From a virus (Duplodnaviria > Heunggongvirae > Uroviricota > Caudoviricetes), in the IMG/VR virus record IMGVR_UViG_2728369186_000003: DNA of 26,759 nucleotides. One strand, 5' to 3'. Both the position numbers and the translations under genes were made by a program. The notes beneath the pieces were generated by a model, which saw nothing but the letters and a program-made list of their open reading frames with translations, did no database searches and was not told the origin of the DNA. Below are positions 7,955 to 17,030 of this stretch, piece after piece; position 1 is the stretch's first letter; each line of letters opens with the position of its first letter.

Positions 7955-10900
7955 TTAATATTCCCCCATCACGTCGCATATTTAACAGATTGCCCTGCAC
8001 CCGCTGATCAACCATCCCCATAAGTGCTTTTATTGCCTGAGGGCCAATCTCTCCATTCTGGCCGTCATTTTGAATAGTGATTTGGTATACAGGGGCATAG
8101 GTAATATCTCCGCCTCCATTACCACTTTTACTATTAATAGCTCTGACACCAAGAGAACCATCGGAAGTTCGTGTTAATGGCATAATGGCTTCCGGTCCAG
8201 CCTCACCAAAAACACCAGCCCCTTTTGCAAAAGCAAAAAATTGCGGGGAATCATAAATACCGTTCGAATACGTGCTCAATGACGGAGACTCATAAACACC
8301 GCCCTTTGCATTCGGAATAAATTTACTAATAGCACTCCCGATAGTTCCTAAAATCCCCCCAGAAGAACTGTTACTAATGCTGTCGAAAATCCCAGTAATT
8401 GAAGCCTTTAATGCCATTCGACTAAGATCCGAAATCACGGAAGTAGCGAAAGAACGAAAATTTGCCTTGCCTGTCGTGACAAAATCACCCAGCGCATCGG
8501 TCATCCCATCAAACATCTGAGTCGTGGTTGATTTTATCTGCTCACTGATATCCTTAGTGTCATCCAGCCAGTTATTGAATCCCTGGGAGGCACCACTAAC
8601 CCAGTCTCCTGCCTGAATATCGAGCTGCTCGTTTTTCTGTCTGACAATTTCTTTTTCCCGTTCCAGAGCATCATTCAGAGCCTGCATTTTCTCTTGAAAA
8701 ACATGATCTGACATTCCACGGGATTTATCTGCATAGTCACGTTCAAGTTGCAGACGCTGATTGTTATATCCATGTTCAATCCGCAGTAATTCCTGCTGGC
8801 GTTGCTGATTTTTATCGCCAACCCCATAACCAGCAATCTGAATATCATACCCCTGCTGACGATTATCAATCGAAGCCTGCAATGAATCACGCCATGCTGT
8901 TATTTCGGCGGATTCCTTGATTAGCCTGTTATTCTTTTCAATCGCAACATTTTTCTCCATCAACGCGGTTATTTCTTCCCGGTGTAAGAGAAGCGATTTC
9001 TGATCCTGGGTTAATTTCGATGATGGTCGTGACTCTAGGTCGGCAATCCGCTGACGCCACTTAACCAGTTCCTGTTCAGAGGAACTTAATTTAACGGTCA
9101 ACTCAGCTTGTGAACTTAGTAACGCATTCTGTTGATTCAGATGATCAATCATTCGTTGGGCTGCATCATCAGAATAACCTTTCGCCTTTGGTTGCTTTGG
9201 ATCTTTATAACGCTCATTTATTTGAGCGATAAGATTATTATATTCTTCCTTTGAATACTGATTCTTTAGCTTTTCCAGTTTTGCAAGTTCACTAGCTCTC
9301 TGCTGCTCCCGGGTCTGATATTGTTTTGAAAAGGCATCTGCTCTCTGTCTGAGTTCAATTCCTTCCTGTTGTCGCTTGTTGTAATCGTTTATTGATGAAT
9401 TTAGTACGTCCTGAGCAATTTTTTCTGCTTGAAGTACGCCCAATTGCTGCTTTAATCGTGCCAGCCTTTTATTTTGAGCTCCGCCATCTCCAATGCCACC
9501 TAACCCGAAAACTCCGGGTCGGGTATTTTTTTCTATTTCATCAATTTGACGGAGAACATCTGAGATTTTTTGATCAAGGGAGGCCTCACGGCCAATATCC
9601 AGCATGGAATCCCATGCCCATTTTGCGGAGTCTGCGACAGCTTTCCATGCAGTCTCAAGATAACCAAGATTTTCTTTAATCTGGTTGGTGCGCTGGATCA
9701 TTGAGGATGAGTATTCTTCTGTCGCAATGCGGGCGGCCTCCTGCTGGTTCCCTTCATCCTGTAGCGCCTTAATCTGGTTATAAGTCGCAAGTGTCAGAAA
9801 ATGGTACTGATCATTAAGTTTTGATATGGCACTGACAGGATCCTTTGCAATTTCATTGAAGTCATTAACCAGTTGTTCGGTTGATATTCCTGTTACTTCG
9901 CTCGTTTTTACTATCGCTGTCGTCACTTGCTCCAGCGAACTGCTCGCTACCTTTCCCGAACGCACAAGCTGATTTAATACTGCCGCCGCAGCACCAGTTG
10001 TCGAATCAGCCGCATTCCCGGCACGTTGAGCTATATCGCCCAATTGCCCGCTGGTTGTCCCCAACTGATTTCCGGTAAGAATAAGAGATTTATTAAATTC
10101 GTCCTGCTCCTGAGAGCCTTTATAGTAAGCCAGTCCTAAGACCCCAACGGCTGCTGCGGCCAGGGTAAAAGGATTAATTAATCCCAGCACATAAGAACCT
10201 ACACCTTTGATCGCCGGGCCAATCCCACCGAACATATCTTTTAGCTGGCCGCCCTGCTGCATTAACACCATAAATGGCGACTGACCAGTGGACAACCCAA
10301 CAACAATATCCGTCATTTGTGCAGGCAACATGCGCATAGCAAAAGCCGTTTGTTTTGCCGACATTCCGGTTTTGCTTAATTGTGATTGAGTAACCTCAAG
10401 CTCACTCCGCATAGCACGAAGTTTTCCAGAAAGCTCCTCATACATTTCAGGAGAAAGCATCCCCTTAGCTTTTGCTTCATTGAGCTGTTTCTGTTGTTCT
10501 ACCAGACGATTAAAAGCAGTTCCGACAGGATCAAGTTGAGCAATCAGACGTTGCAAAGCAACAACCTGTTCATCATGCGCTTTTGCTGCTTCTCGCTCTG
10601 CCTGAGCCTCTCCGGTAAGCTCTCGCCGTGTTTCCTGTATTTTTCGGCTATAATTCTCAAACTGAGAACCATTTATTTTCCCGGATGCAAACGCAGCATT
10701 AAGTTCATCATGCTGTTGTTCAAGATTTCTTAGCGCCGCAGCCAGAGGGTCGATCTTGTCCAGCATTCTTTGAAAGGCCTGAGCCTGCGCTTCCTGCTGG
10801 GCGGCAGCAAGTTTTCCGGCCTTCTCGGCTTCTCTCTGCGCTTGCGCAACCCCGCTCAATTCCTCTGTGGTTTCATTAAGTTTACGGACAAGAAATTCAT

Positions 10901-11180
10901 ATTCTTCTTTATCAATAAGCCCTTTATCGAAAAATTTCTTTAATTCAGAATAGCGTCGACCGACAGTATCAATTGCGGCACCAACTGGATCAATAGCTGC
11001 TTTTAATTTTGCGAGCGCGTTCTTCTCATCTTCTGTTGCCTTAGTCACTTTCCCTGCGCTATTTGCAGCAGTTTCCCCAGCCTGCGTCATTTTGACTAAT
11101 GAGGAGGTCAGATTGTCAGCATTATTTTTCGCTCCAGTGCTATCAATAATTATTGCGAGACGCGAGGTTTGCTCTGCCAT
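7947..11180 (-). CDS. Tail tape measure protein
   Basis: 1077-aa ORF, highly alpha-helical/coiled-coil composition (Ala/Gln/Glu/Lys/Leu-rich) with a Gly-rich hydrophobic segment. Position between the G/GT chaperone and M. The gene is visibly more AT-rich than its neighbours. SD AGGAG precedes the ATG at 11178-11180. Confidence 0.85.
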
Positions 11181-11203
11181 TTATTAAAACTCCTGACAAC
11201 AAA

Positions 11204-11225
11204 AAACCCACCGCGAAGTGGGTTT
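11204..11225 (-). terminator. Hairpin (terminator/attenuator-like) immediately upstream of the tape measure RBS
   Basis: AAACCCAC-cgcgaa-GTGGGTTT is a perfect 8-bp stem. On the minus strand it is followed by TTTTTTGTTGTCAGGAG then the tape measure ATG. Lies in a 165-bp non-coding spacer between GT and the tape measure gene. Confidence 0.45.
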
Positions 11226-11345
11226 CAGGCGACATAATAGTAGATATAGCGATTACGAGGCCACGCAATGCTTTTCTCCAGGAGCATCATCGATTTAATT
11301 AAAGACACCATCACATCTCTGTAACAGAGTGTACGTAATTAACAA

Positions 11346-12115
11346 CTACACACACTGCTCCTGAAAATACTGGTCATCCAGTGCAAAGATCACTGCTTCA
11401 AATTCATCGCGCTCAATCAATACCGGATGAGTGGCTAAATATTCATTTATCTCTGTCAGAGATAAAGGCAAAGGCACCCCAGCCATTCCAGCATAACGTC
11501 GGGCACGGGATATTACCGAATAGGCGTACAACAACTCCTTAAGCACCGGGTCTATTTCTGGTTCCGGTATCGGTGGCAACCTGAGTTTTTCTCGCTTCCA
11601 TCTTGCCTTTTCCCCCCTTTCTCCCCCGAACTCCGATAACCACCGCTGGGCAGCTATGGCTTTTTTATCGTATCCTGCTTCTGCTGCTCTTTACCTTGGG
11701 CGATGCTGGCTGCTTCTGCAAGGATCTGCCAGTACAACTCTGGATTCTGCTTAAGCAGCGCGATCCCTCGTTCTGCCGTATATTCCAGTGCAACCTCAAC
11801 ACCATTAACCAGTTCACCAACCCCTTTCCAGTCTTTCAGCAGATAACGAGCGGCATTATCAATGAGTAAATCATCAACAGAATCCACCTCGGAAACCTTT
11901 GAAATATCAAACTCCTTCGTTCCGACGTGCAAACTGGCATCCATTTTCTCAATGTGGCGACGGATTAATGCATTACGGGAGCGATACTGATCGTTATCGC
12001 TGCTTGCCACCAACAGTTTTAACCCGTCTACAGGTTTTAAGTCCTTCATTGGCGTAAACCAGCGTTCTCCACCAATGATAATTTTCTGATTAAGAATAAA
12101 CATCCATAACCTCAT
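11346..12115 (-). CDS. Tail assembly chaperone frameshift product (GT-like), made by -1 ribosomal slippage at A_AAA_AAG (plus 11660-11666)
   Basis: Zero-frame codons ACG ATA AAA AAG CCA TAG. The -1 frame entered at the heptamer is open for 104 more codons (GCC ATA GCT GCC CAG ... continuing into track ORF 11346..11579, whose annotated M is actually a TTG codon) and stops at 11346-11348. Confidence 0.7.
11654..12115 (-). CDS. Tail assembly chaperone (lambda G-like)
   Basis: 153-aa ORF directly upstream of the tape measure gene, ending ...QKQDTIKKP. A second possible start is 12103 (MFILNQ...). RBS AGGGGGA lies 8 nt upstream of the ATG at 12115. Confidence 0.75.
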   Translation of the reverse strand: MRLWMFILNQKIIIGGERWFTPMKDLKPVDGLKLLVASSDNDQYRSRNALIRRHIEKMDASLHVGTKEFDISKVSEVDSVDDLLIDNAARYLLKDWKGVGELVNGVEVALEYTAERGIALLKQNPELYWQILAEAASIAQGKEQQKQDTIKKP

Positions 12116-12163
12116 TCAATGCGTCCCCCTGTAGGGCAGTACCACAGGAGGAATAACGGAAAA

Positions 12164-13126
12164 TCAACTAATCGCCTCAGCACTGGCTTTTGCGATCACG
12201 GCAGCCGGGGAATTTTTTTTTCTGGTTATCGTAGGTGCTTCATCTGCTGCGGTAATGCTCAATTGAACCTGGATAATGTCGCTATTACCCCCATCAGGCC
12301 ATTCACCTGACACCTGAACCTTCGGGAAACTGAAAGTGTATGCCCCCTCTCCATTCGAAAGCGTGAAGCTGAACGGAACTGTTTCTCCAGTCAGTGTTTT
12401 ACTCCAGATTTCCCACGCGGCTTTAGACCATGAAAGCGTCACCGTACCGGACGGTGTAAAAGTAGTCGGAATATTTGCTCCTGCATAAGGCGAGCCAGTC
12501 CCGATACAACGCTGTGTCTGGAGTTTGTTATCGAACTGAATATCAAAACTGTCGATACAAAAACCGTTACCTCCGGCAACACCATTCAGGCTTACTGCTG
12601 AAACCTCCTTAAACGAATAACGTAGCTTTCCTGCACTATCCACAGGTTCGCCTTTGATAAAATTCGTATCATCGGCCTTTGATTCCCAGTCCAGTCCGGC
12701 AAAGGTTACGGTCGCTGTAATATCGCCGTCGTTAGGGATCTGCATTTTCCATGAGCCAACCTGCGCTCCTCTGACGACAGAGGCAATTCCGACATCGGAC
12801 GCATAGGTCGCCAGAGAAAATGTTATTCGCTCATTCCCCATTGTCAGAGAATCGCCTGACCATTCCGCGCCGAAACAGGATGCAAGAAAATCATCATGTT
12901 GACCCCAGCGAAATTTGGTACCAACATCACCGCCGACATCCACAGTGCCAGGCGTCGCCCCCTGAGCCATCCGGGAGCCACCAATCTCATTATTTTCGCC
13001 TTTATTCTGGGTGGGTTTTACTCCCCAGCTTGTGCGTTTTAATAAACTCCAGTCACCACTTGCTGGCGTAGTGCCTGCAACCGTCTCCCGGATAAATGCC
13101 GAGATAACCTTTGCACCTGAACTCAC
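12164..13126 (-). CDS. Major tail (tube) protein, putative
   Basis: 320-aa ORF immediately upstream of the G/GT chaperone pair, the conserved position of the major tail protein in siphovirus tail modules. Gly/Thr/Ser-rich beta-type composition. Called from synteny only. Confidence 0.55.
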   Translation of the reverse strand: MSSGAKVISAFIRETVAGTTPASGDWSLLKRTSWGVKPTQNKGENNEIGGSRMAQGATPGTVDVGGDVGTKFRWGQHDDFLASCFGAEWSGDSLTMGNERITFSLATYASDVGIASVVRGAQVGSWKMQIPNDGDITATVTFAGLDWESKADDTNFIKGEPVDSAGKLRYSFKEVSAVSLNGVAGGNGFCIDSFDIQFDNKLQTQRCIGTGSPYAGANIPTTFTPSGTVTLSWSKAAWEIWSKTLTGETVPFSFTLSNGEGAYTFSFPKVQVSGEWPDGGNSDIIQVQLSITAADEAPTITRKKNSPAAVIAKASAEAIS

Positions 13127-13152
13127 AGGAGCCTCCTATGTCATTAATTGCG

Positions 13153-13545
13153 CTAGAGCGCGCGATATGGAATTTGAAGATTAAGCTGGAACCAGCCATT
13201 CTTTTCGCCAACGGCTATTGAGGAAACAGCCTGGTAACTGAGACGATCGTCATCCTGAAACTCAAACAGTTCCCGCAATTTATCGGCTGTCTCAGTAATG
13301 AGTTTTGAACCAGAACCTGCGGGGACAAATAACTGAATAATGATTATCCCCGTGCGATAAACAATCGGCCCCGCGCCAATTTCATTAACTCCAGCCTGCC
13401 CGGGAATATTACTTAACCGCGCCCAGATTAACTTACCGGAAGGATCGAACGTTGGCCCGTTCGGATACAATACGTCTTTTCCATCAATAATCGTCTGTGC
13501 CGTCATTCTGGAAATAACCGTATTTCTGATTTCAGTAAACTTCAT
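13153..13545 (-). CDS. Tail terminator / tail completion protein, putative
   Basis: 130-aa ORF directly upstream of the major tail gene; start overlaps the stop of the preceding gene (ATGA). Assigned by position. Confidence 0.4.
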   Translation of the reverse strand: MKFTEIRNTVISRMTAQTIIDGKDVLYPNGPTFDPSGKLIWARLSNIPGQAGVNEIGAGPIVYRTGIIIIQLFVPAGSGSKLITETADKLRELFEFQDDDRLSYQAVSSIAVGEKNGWFQLNLQIPYRAL

Positions 13546-13922
13546 TTGTAAGCCTGTAAAACACCATGAAAAGCGTTGGCATACACGCCAGTTGGCGCTT
13601 GTTGTGAATGACCGTTTTCAAGAGCCTCTGCATAAGGAAGGTTATTCTGGATATAAATAACCCCGTAATTTGCAGCTTTCGAAATAACCCCGATCCCACG
13701 CTGAACAGCAATCGTACCGTTCGGATCCACGTTATCAGATATACCAAAATCGGGATGCTGTAACGACACCAGGTTGTTATTTCTGAAACGTCCGGTATCA
13801 ACCGGAGCAGCAATATCAATAGCAGTAAGAATCTGAATAGCGATGTAGCGAATCTTCAGCCCTACATCTTCCTCAATCATCCCGGCAAATATTGACGGTT
13901 CTATATCCCATGCCTTTGCCAT
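13542..13922 (-). CDS. Head-tail joining / neck protein, putative (HK97 gp10-like)
   Basis: 126-aa ORF MAKAWDIEPSIFAGMIEEDVGLKIRYIAIQILTAIDIAAPVDTGRFRNN...; compact gene in the head-tail connector block. Family guess is from memory. Confidence 0.4.
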   Translation of the reverse strand: MAKAWDIEPSIFAGMIEEDVGLKIRYIAIQILTAIDIAAPVDTGRFRNNNLVSLQHPDFGISDNVDPNGTIAVQRGIGVISKAANYGVIYIQNNLPYAEALENGHSQQAPTGVYANAFHGVLQAYK

Positions 13923-14306
13923 TTACGCTCTCCTTAACTGGATAGAGTAAACTGATGCGGAAGGATCTACACTTGCTGTAATTACCTCGTATCGTTGTAA
14001 CTGCCTTGATACAGGATCATAAATCTCAATAATATGGTCGACAGCTGGTTTATCCGTAACCTCGCATACCAGAGCGGTTAATTTAAGGTCACCATGCAAA
14101 ATATTAATCCCATCAATTCTGCCCAGCTTATAACGTGTCAACACGCCTCGCCCGGTATAGATTGCGGTGGATTCGCCGCCAGTTTCCGTCACAGGATCCC
14201 AGTGCCGGTGCGTAACGTAAGAACCAGAAAAATCACTCACGGCGTCCGCTAAATCCTCATCAAAAGCAGCGGCAACCTCTGACTGAATCTCTTCACGAAG
14301 CCCCAT
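13923..14306 (-). CDS. Head closure / head-tail joining protein, putative
   Basis: 127-aa ORF tightly packed between neighbours; position in the connector block. Confidence 0.4.
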   Translation of the reverse strand: MGLREEIQSEVAAAFDEDLADAVSDFSGSYVTHRHWDPVTETGGESTAIYTGRGVLTRYKLGRIDGINILHGDLKLTALVCEVTDKPAVDHIIEIYDPVSRQLQRYEVITASVDPSASVYSIQLRRA

Positions 14307-14701
14307 TATCCCCCCCTCACAACCCTGACTTGTGAGCGACTAAGTCCGTACGGTTTCAGCAGTGCTATCGCAAGCTGTAAATCGGGTTCAAGCAATGCAG
14401 TGCTGTTTGCTGGCAACTCAGAAAATGATTTCGATACACTGACCCCGTCAGCCGACACGGCTTTACTGATAACAACGCCAGAATCATTTTTCTGCTGAAA
14501 CAACTTACCGAATGAGGCAATTCTGGCTGCATATGCTCCCGCAAGTTTTACCTCTTCAGGAATACGGGATGGGTTAATTTTCAGGTTGAAGCCATTAAGC
14601 CAGGCATTAGCCATTAAAACAGCTTTATTTTTAGCGTTCTCACTCGTCCAGGCGTTCCCAAACGCATTATCAACGTCATCACAGGTCACGTAAGTGATCA
14701 T
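14306..14701 (-). CDS. Head-tail adaptor / connector protein, putative
   Basis: 131-aa ORF MITYVTCDDVDNAFGNAWTSENAKNKAVLMANAWLNGF...; first gene of the connector block after the capsid gene. Stop overlaps the next start. Confidence 0.4.
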   Translation of the reverse strand: MITYVTCDDVDNAFGNAWTSENAKNKAVLMANAWLNGFNLKINPSRIPEEVKLAGAYAARIASFGKLFQQKNDSGVVISKAVSADGVSVSKSFSELPANSTALLEPDLQLAIALLKPYGLSRSQVRVVRGG

Positions 14702-14704
14702 GTG

Positions 14705-14881
14705 TTACTCCTGAGTTTTCCAGCCCATAGCCTTCCAGTTGTCAACTTCATCAGGATGAACATTAGCGATAGTTGGTGCGCCGGGAAACATCTGATAATC
14801 GGTCACCATAACCACTAACTCAATTTGCGTTTTTTGTGCGGCTTCACGCTGTGCTCTTTGCTCTTTAGTTAATCCGGCCAT
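14705..14881 (-). CDS. Small hypothetical protein (58 aa), absent from the ORF track
   Basis: Minus-strand ATG at 14879-14881 to TAA at 14705-14707 encodes MAGLTKEQRAQREAAQKTQIELVVMVTDYQMFPGAPTIANVHPDEVDNWKAMGWKTQE. It fills the gap between the capsid terminator and the connector gene. G-rich stretch upstream but no strong SD. Confidence 0.35.
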   Translation of the reverse strand: MAGLTKEQRAQREAAQKTQIELVVMVTDYQMFPGAPTIANVHPDEVDNWKAMGWKTQE

Positions 14882-14890
14882 ATGCCCCCC

Positions 14891-14913
14891 ATTAAAAATG
14901 GGGCCGAAGCCCC
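14891..14913 (-). terminator. Putative rho-independent terminator/attenuator downstream of the major capsid gene
   Basis: Minus strand reads GGGGC-TTCG-GCCCC followed by ATTTTTAAT (GNRA-like tetraloop, 5-bp GC stem, T-rich tail), 11 nt after the capsid stop. Confidence 0.55.
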
Positions 14914-14923
14914 GTTTGAATGT

Positions 14924-16063
14924 TTAACCAAGAATCAGACAACCATGTGCCGGCTTCACTGATGAAACACCCCATGCCAGTCCAACTTCATAGCGCACCT
15001 GGCGATACTGACGATACAGTGCAATCTGGAACGTAATCCCTGAAATCGGGTCCGTAACATTCATTACATCATCAGCATTATCGCCACCTTCCGGCATTGC
15101 CGGAGTACGGGATGCCAGCAGAAACGCGTTGCGATCAAACGCCATATTTGCAGTAAAGGCCCCAACAACTGTGATGGCAGTATCATCGGCCAGATCCTGA
15201 CGCAGTCCGGGCGCTGCAAGAGTAATCAGATTGCTGGTCGCTGCTGCCACAACATACTGATTCGGATCACCAGCGAACGTAACAATCTGACCTGCAGAAA
15301 TACTCCCCGAACCAGTATCAATGGAAATAAGAACATCGCCTTCTTTTTTCTCTCCATTCACGAGATAACCAGTTGCAGCAACCTTTGGCGCTCGTTTCAC
15401 ACCTGCCGAACTGTGAATATTGAATCCCTCCAGACGCCCCAACACGCCCTCACGCAGTAGCTGTTCAGTGCCGGATTCATTCACTTTAAACAATACAGAC
15501 TGTTTTCCGCGCAAATTAGCAATGGCAGTGGAGCCAAGCACCATCTGCAGATCGGTTGTCGGTGCGCCGTTATCCTCCAGAACCTGACGAGCCAGAGCAG
15601 CATCAGAAAGATCATCTTTAACACCAAACGGCGTTGTCCCTGCGGTTCCCACGGCGCGGGAAGCACCGAAATACAACGCACCAAGATCAGCCTCAACCTC
15701 GTTTGCAAGGGCGCGAAAAGCCTGCTTGAACTGATCAGCCAGAATGGTGTTGTAAGTCCCTGAAGGGCCAAGAGCCAGTTGTTCTTCACCATTCCATTTA
15801 ACCGGTGCCATTTTGGATTTAGTAATTTTTACATCAACAGTGCCAATATTTTGATCACCGGTATTCGGAGCTGACGGCCCCGGTACGATATCTTCGGTTT
15901 TCGCCTCAGGCGCAACTGGCGCGGTTACCGTCTGATCTTTTGCTGCGGCGTCAGCTTTTGCGTTTTTTGCTACCGCAGGGATAAAACCTACCTGCTCACG
16001 GGATACAACATCCAGGGCGGTATAAATAGTCGGGATCAACCCGGTCAGGGTATTTCCAGCCAT
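14924..16063 (-). CDS. Major capsid protein
   Basis: ORF 14924..16156; preferred start is the ATG at 16061-16063 (MAGNTLTGLIPTIYTALDVVSREQ...) preceded by AAGGAA. About 379 aa. Lies after the scaffold gene and before a strong hairpin, the usual capsid position. Confidence 0.7.
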   Translation of the reverse strand: MAGNTLTGLIPTIYTALDVVSREQVGFIPAVAKNAKADAAAKDQTVTAPVAPEAKTEDIVPGPSAPNTGDQNIGTVDVKITKSKMAPVKWNGEEQLALGPSGTYNTILADQFKQAFRALANEVEADLGALYFGASRAVGTAGTTPFGVKDDLSDAALARQVLEDNGAPTTDLQMVLGSTAIANLRGKQSVLFKVNESGTEQLLREGVLGRLEGFNIHSSAGVKRAPKVAATGYLVNGEKKEGDVLISIDTGSGSISAGQIVTFAGDPNQYVVAAATSNLITLAAPGLRQDLADDTAITVVGAFTANMAFDRNAFLLASRTPAMPEGGDNADDVMNVTDPISGITFQIALYRQYRQVRYEVGLAWGVSSVKPAHGCLILG

Positions 16064-16161
16064 AATTAAATATTCCTTAAAAATTTGCGTAATTGTGAAT
16101 AGATGGAGTAATGAGCTATCCAGCCCTGACACCAGCTCCCATCCGGAAGCTGACAAATGTG

Positions 16162-16926
16162 TTAATCAACAATTGTGATACCGTCTTTCAATGCGTTTTG
16201 CTTACCTGCAACATCCAGTGCATCAAAAGCAGAGCGTTTCATCGTTTTCTGACCAACATCATGCTGTGTCGGACGGGAGCCGCCGCCATTGTTGCCACTG
16301 GCTTTCAGGATGTAGTCTTTCTGAGGGTAATTTTCGACGAGGAACTCCAGCGCCTCATCAAACTGCGCCAGTTCGCCAGGCTTCGCGCGGGAATAAATTT
16401 TGTTGCCGGAAGCGTCATAAGCAACGATCTTCCCTTCTTCCACTTTGAATGCCTGCCCGAAGCGGGCTTGTAATAAATCTGCCGGGATCGCAATTTTATC
16501 GGCAATATATTTTGAACCCGCAAAACTACCGCCAATCATAGAATCGTAAAGCTGCGTCTCCAGCATCTGAGAGCGTTGCTTTTCTTCATCTAATTGCTGC
16601 TGAAAATTTTTCGTAATTTCTGCCTTAACCTGGTCAACCTGTCCCGCATCGATCAGCTTTTTCTGGTCGATTTTTGACAGCATTTCCAGTGCCTCGATCG
16701 CCTTCTTCGGGTCTTCGATAGCGGCAAACTTAGCCAGTTTTTCCTCTGCAGCTTCTTTAGCCAGGCGATGATTTTTTGCCTCGCCATTAAGCTCTGTAAT
16801 TTTTTTTATCGCCAGCGGTGCATCGAAGCCGATTTCTTTACCATCGTCGTGCACATAAACTGGCAGGCCAGCAGTATCAATTTCTGCGTATTGTTTTCCG
16901 TTAATCTCGACCGTTTTCAGTTTCAT
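16162..16926 (-). CDS. Scaffolding protein, putative
   Basis: ORF 16162..16998 begins at a GTG; the first ATG with an upstream AGGT is at 16924-16926 (MKLKTVEINGKQYAEIDTAG...). Central charged helical/coiled-coil region (EEKLAKFAAIEDPKKAIEALEMLSKIDQKK...QQQLDEEKQRSQMLETQLYD). Position directly upstream of the capsid gene. Confidence 0.55.
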   Translation of the reverse strand: MKLKTVEINGKQYAEIDTAGLPVYVHDDGKEIGFDAPLAIKKITELNGEAKNHRLAKEAAEEKLAKFAAIEDPKKAIEALEMLSKIDQKKLIDAGQVDQVKAEITKNFQQQLDEEKQRSQMLETQLYDSMIGGSFAGSKYIADKIAIPADLLQARFGQAFKVEEGKIVAYDASGNKIYSRAKPGELAQFDEALEFLVENYPQKDYILKASGNNGGGSRPTQHDVGQKTMKRSAFDALDVAGKQNALKDGITIVD

Positions 16927-16986
16927 ATTAGTACCTGGTTTAAGTCTTCCGACAGTTACGCTGCTCACCATCCGGATCGCAGCAAT

Positions 16987-17010
16987 AAAAAAGGCCACCC
17001 GAAGGTAGCC
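16987..17010 (-). terminator. Putative terminator/attenuator between head morphogenesis and scaffold genes
   Basis: Minus strand reads GGCTACC-TTCG-GGTGGCC followed by TTTTTTATT (7-bp stem with one G-U pair), 20 nt after the stop at 17031-17033. Confidence 0.45.
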
Positions 17011-17030
17011 TGTTGTAATAAATGATTTAT

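Noticed and set aside
8675-8890. 71-aa ORF and several plus-strand ORFs (9392..9679, 9881..10078, 10386..10733) inside the tape measure gene
   Set aside because: Embedded in or antisense to the 1077-aa tape measure frame; AT-rich low-complexity translations.
11230-11320. 30-aa minus-strand ORF (MVSLIKSMMLLEKSIAWPRNRYIYYYVA) in the spacer between GT and the tape measure gene
   Set aside because: Very short, no convincing SD, odd composition; more likely chance in an AT-rich junction.
13532-13819. 95-aa minus-strand ORF overlapping the 13542..13922 gene
   Set aside because: Alternative frame of the same strand inside a tightly packed gene with proper start/stop coupling to its neighbours.
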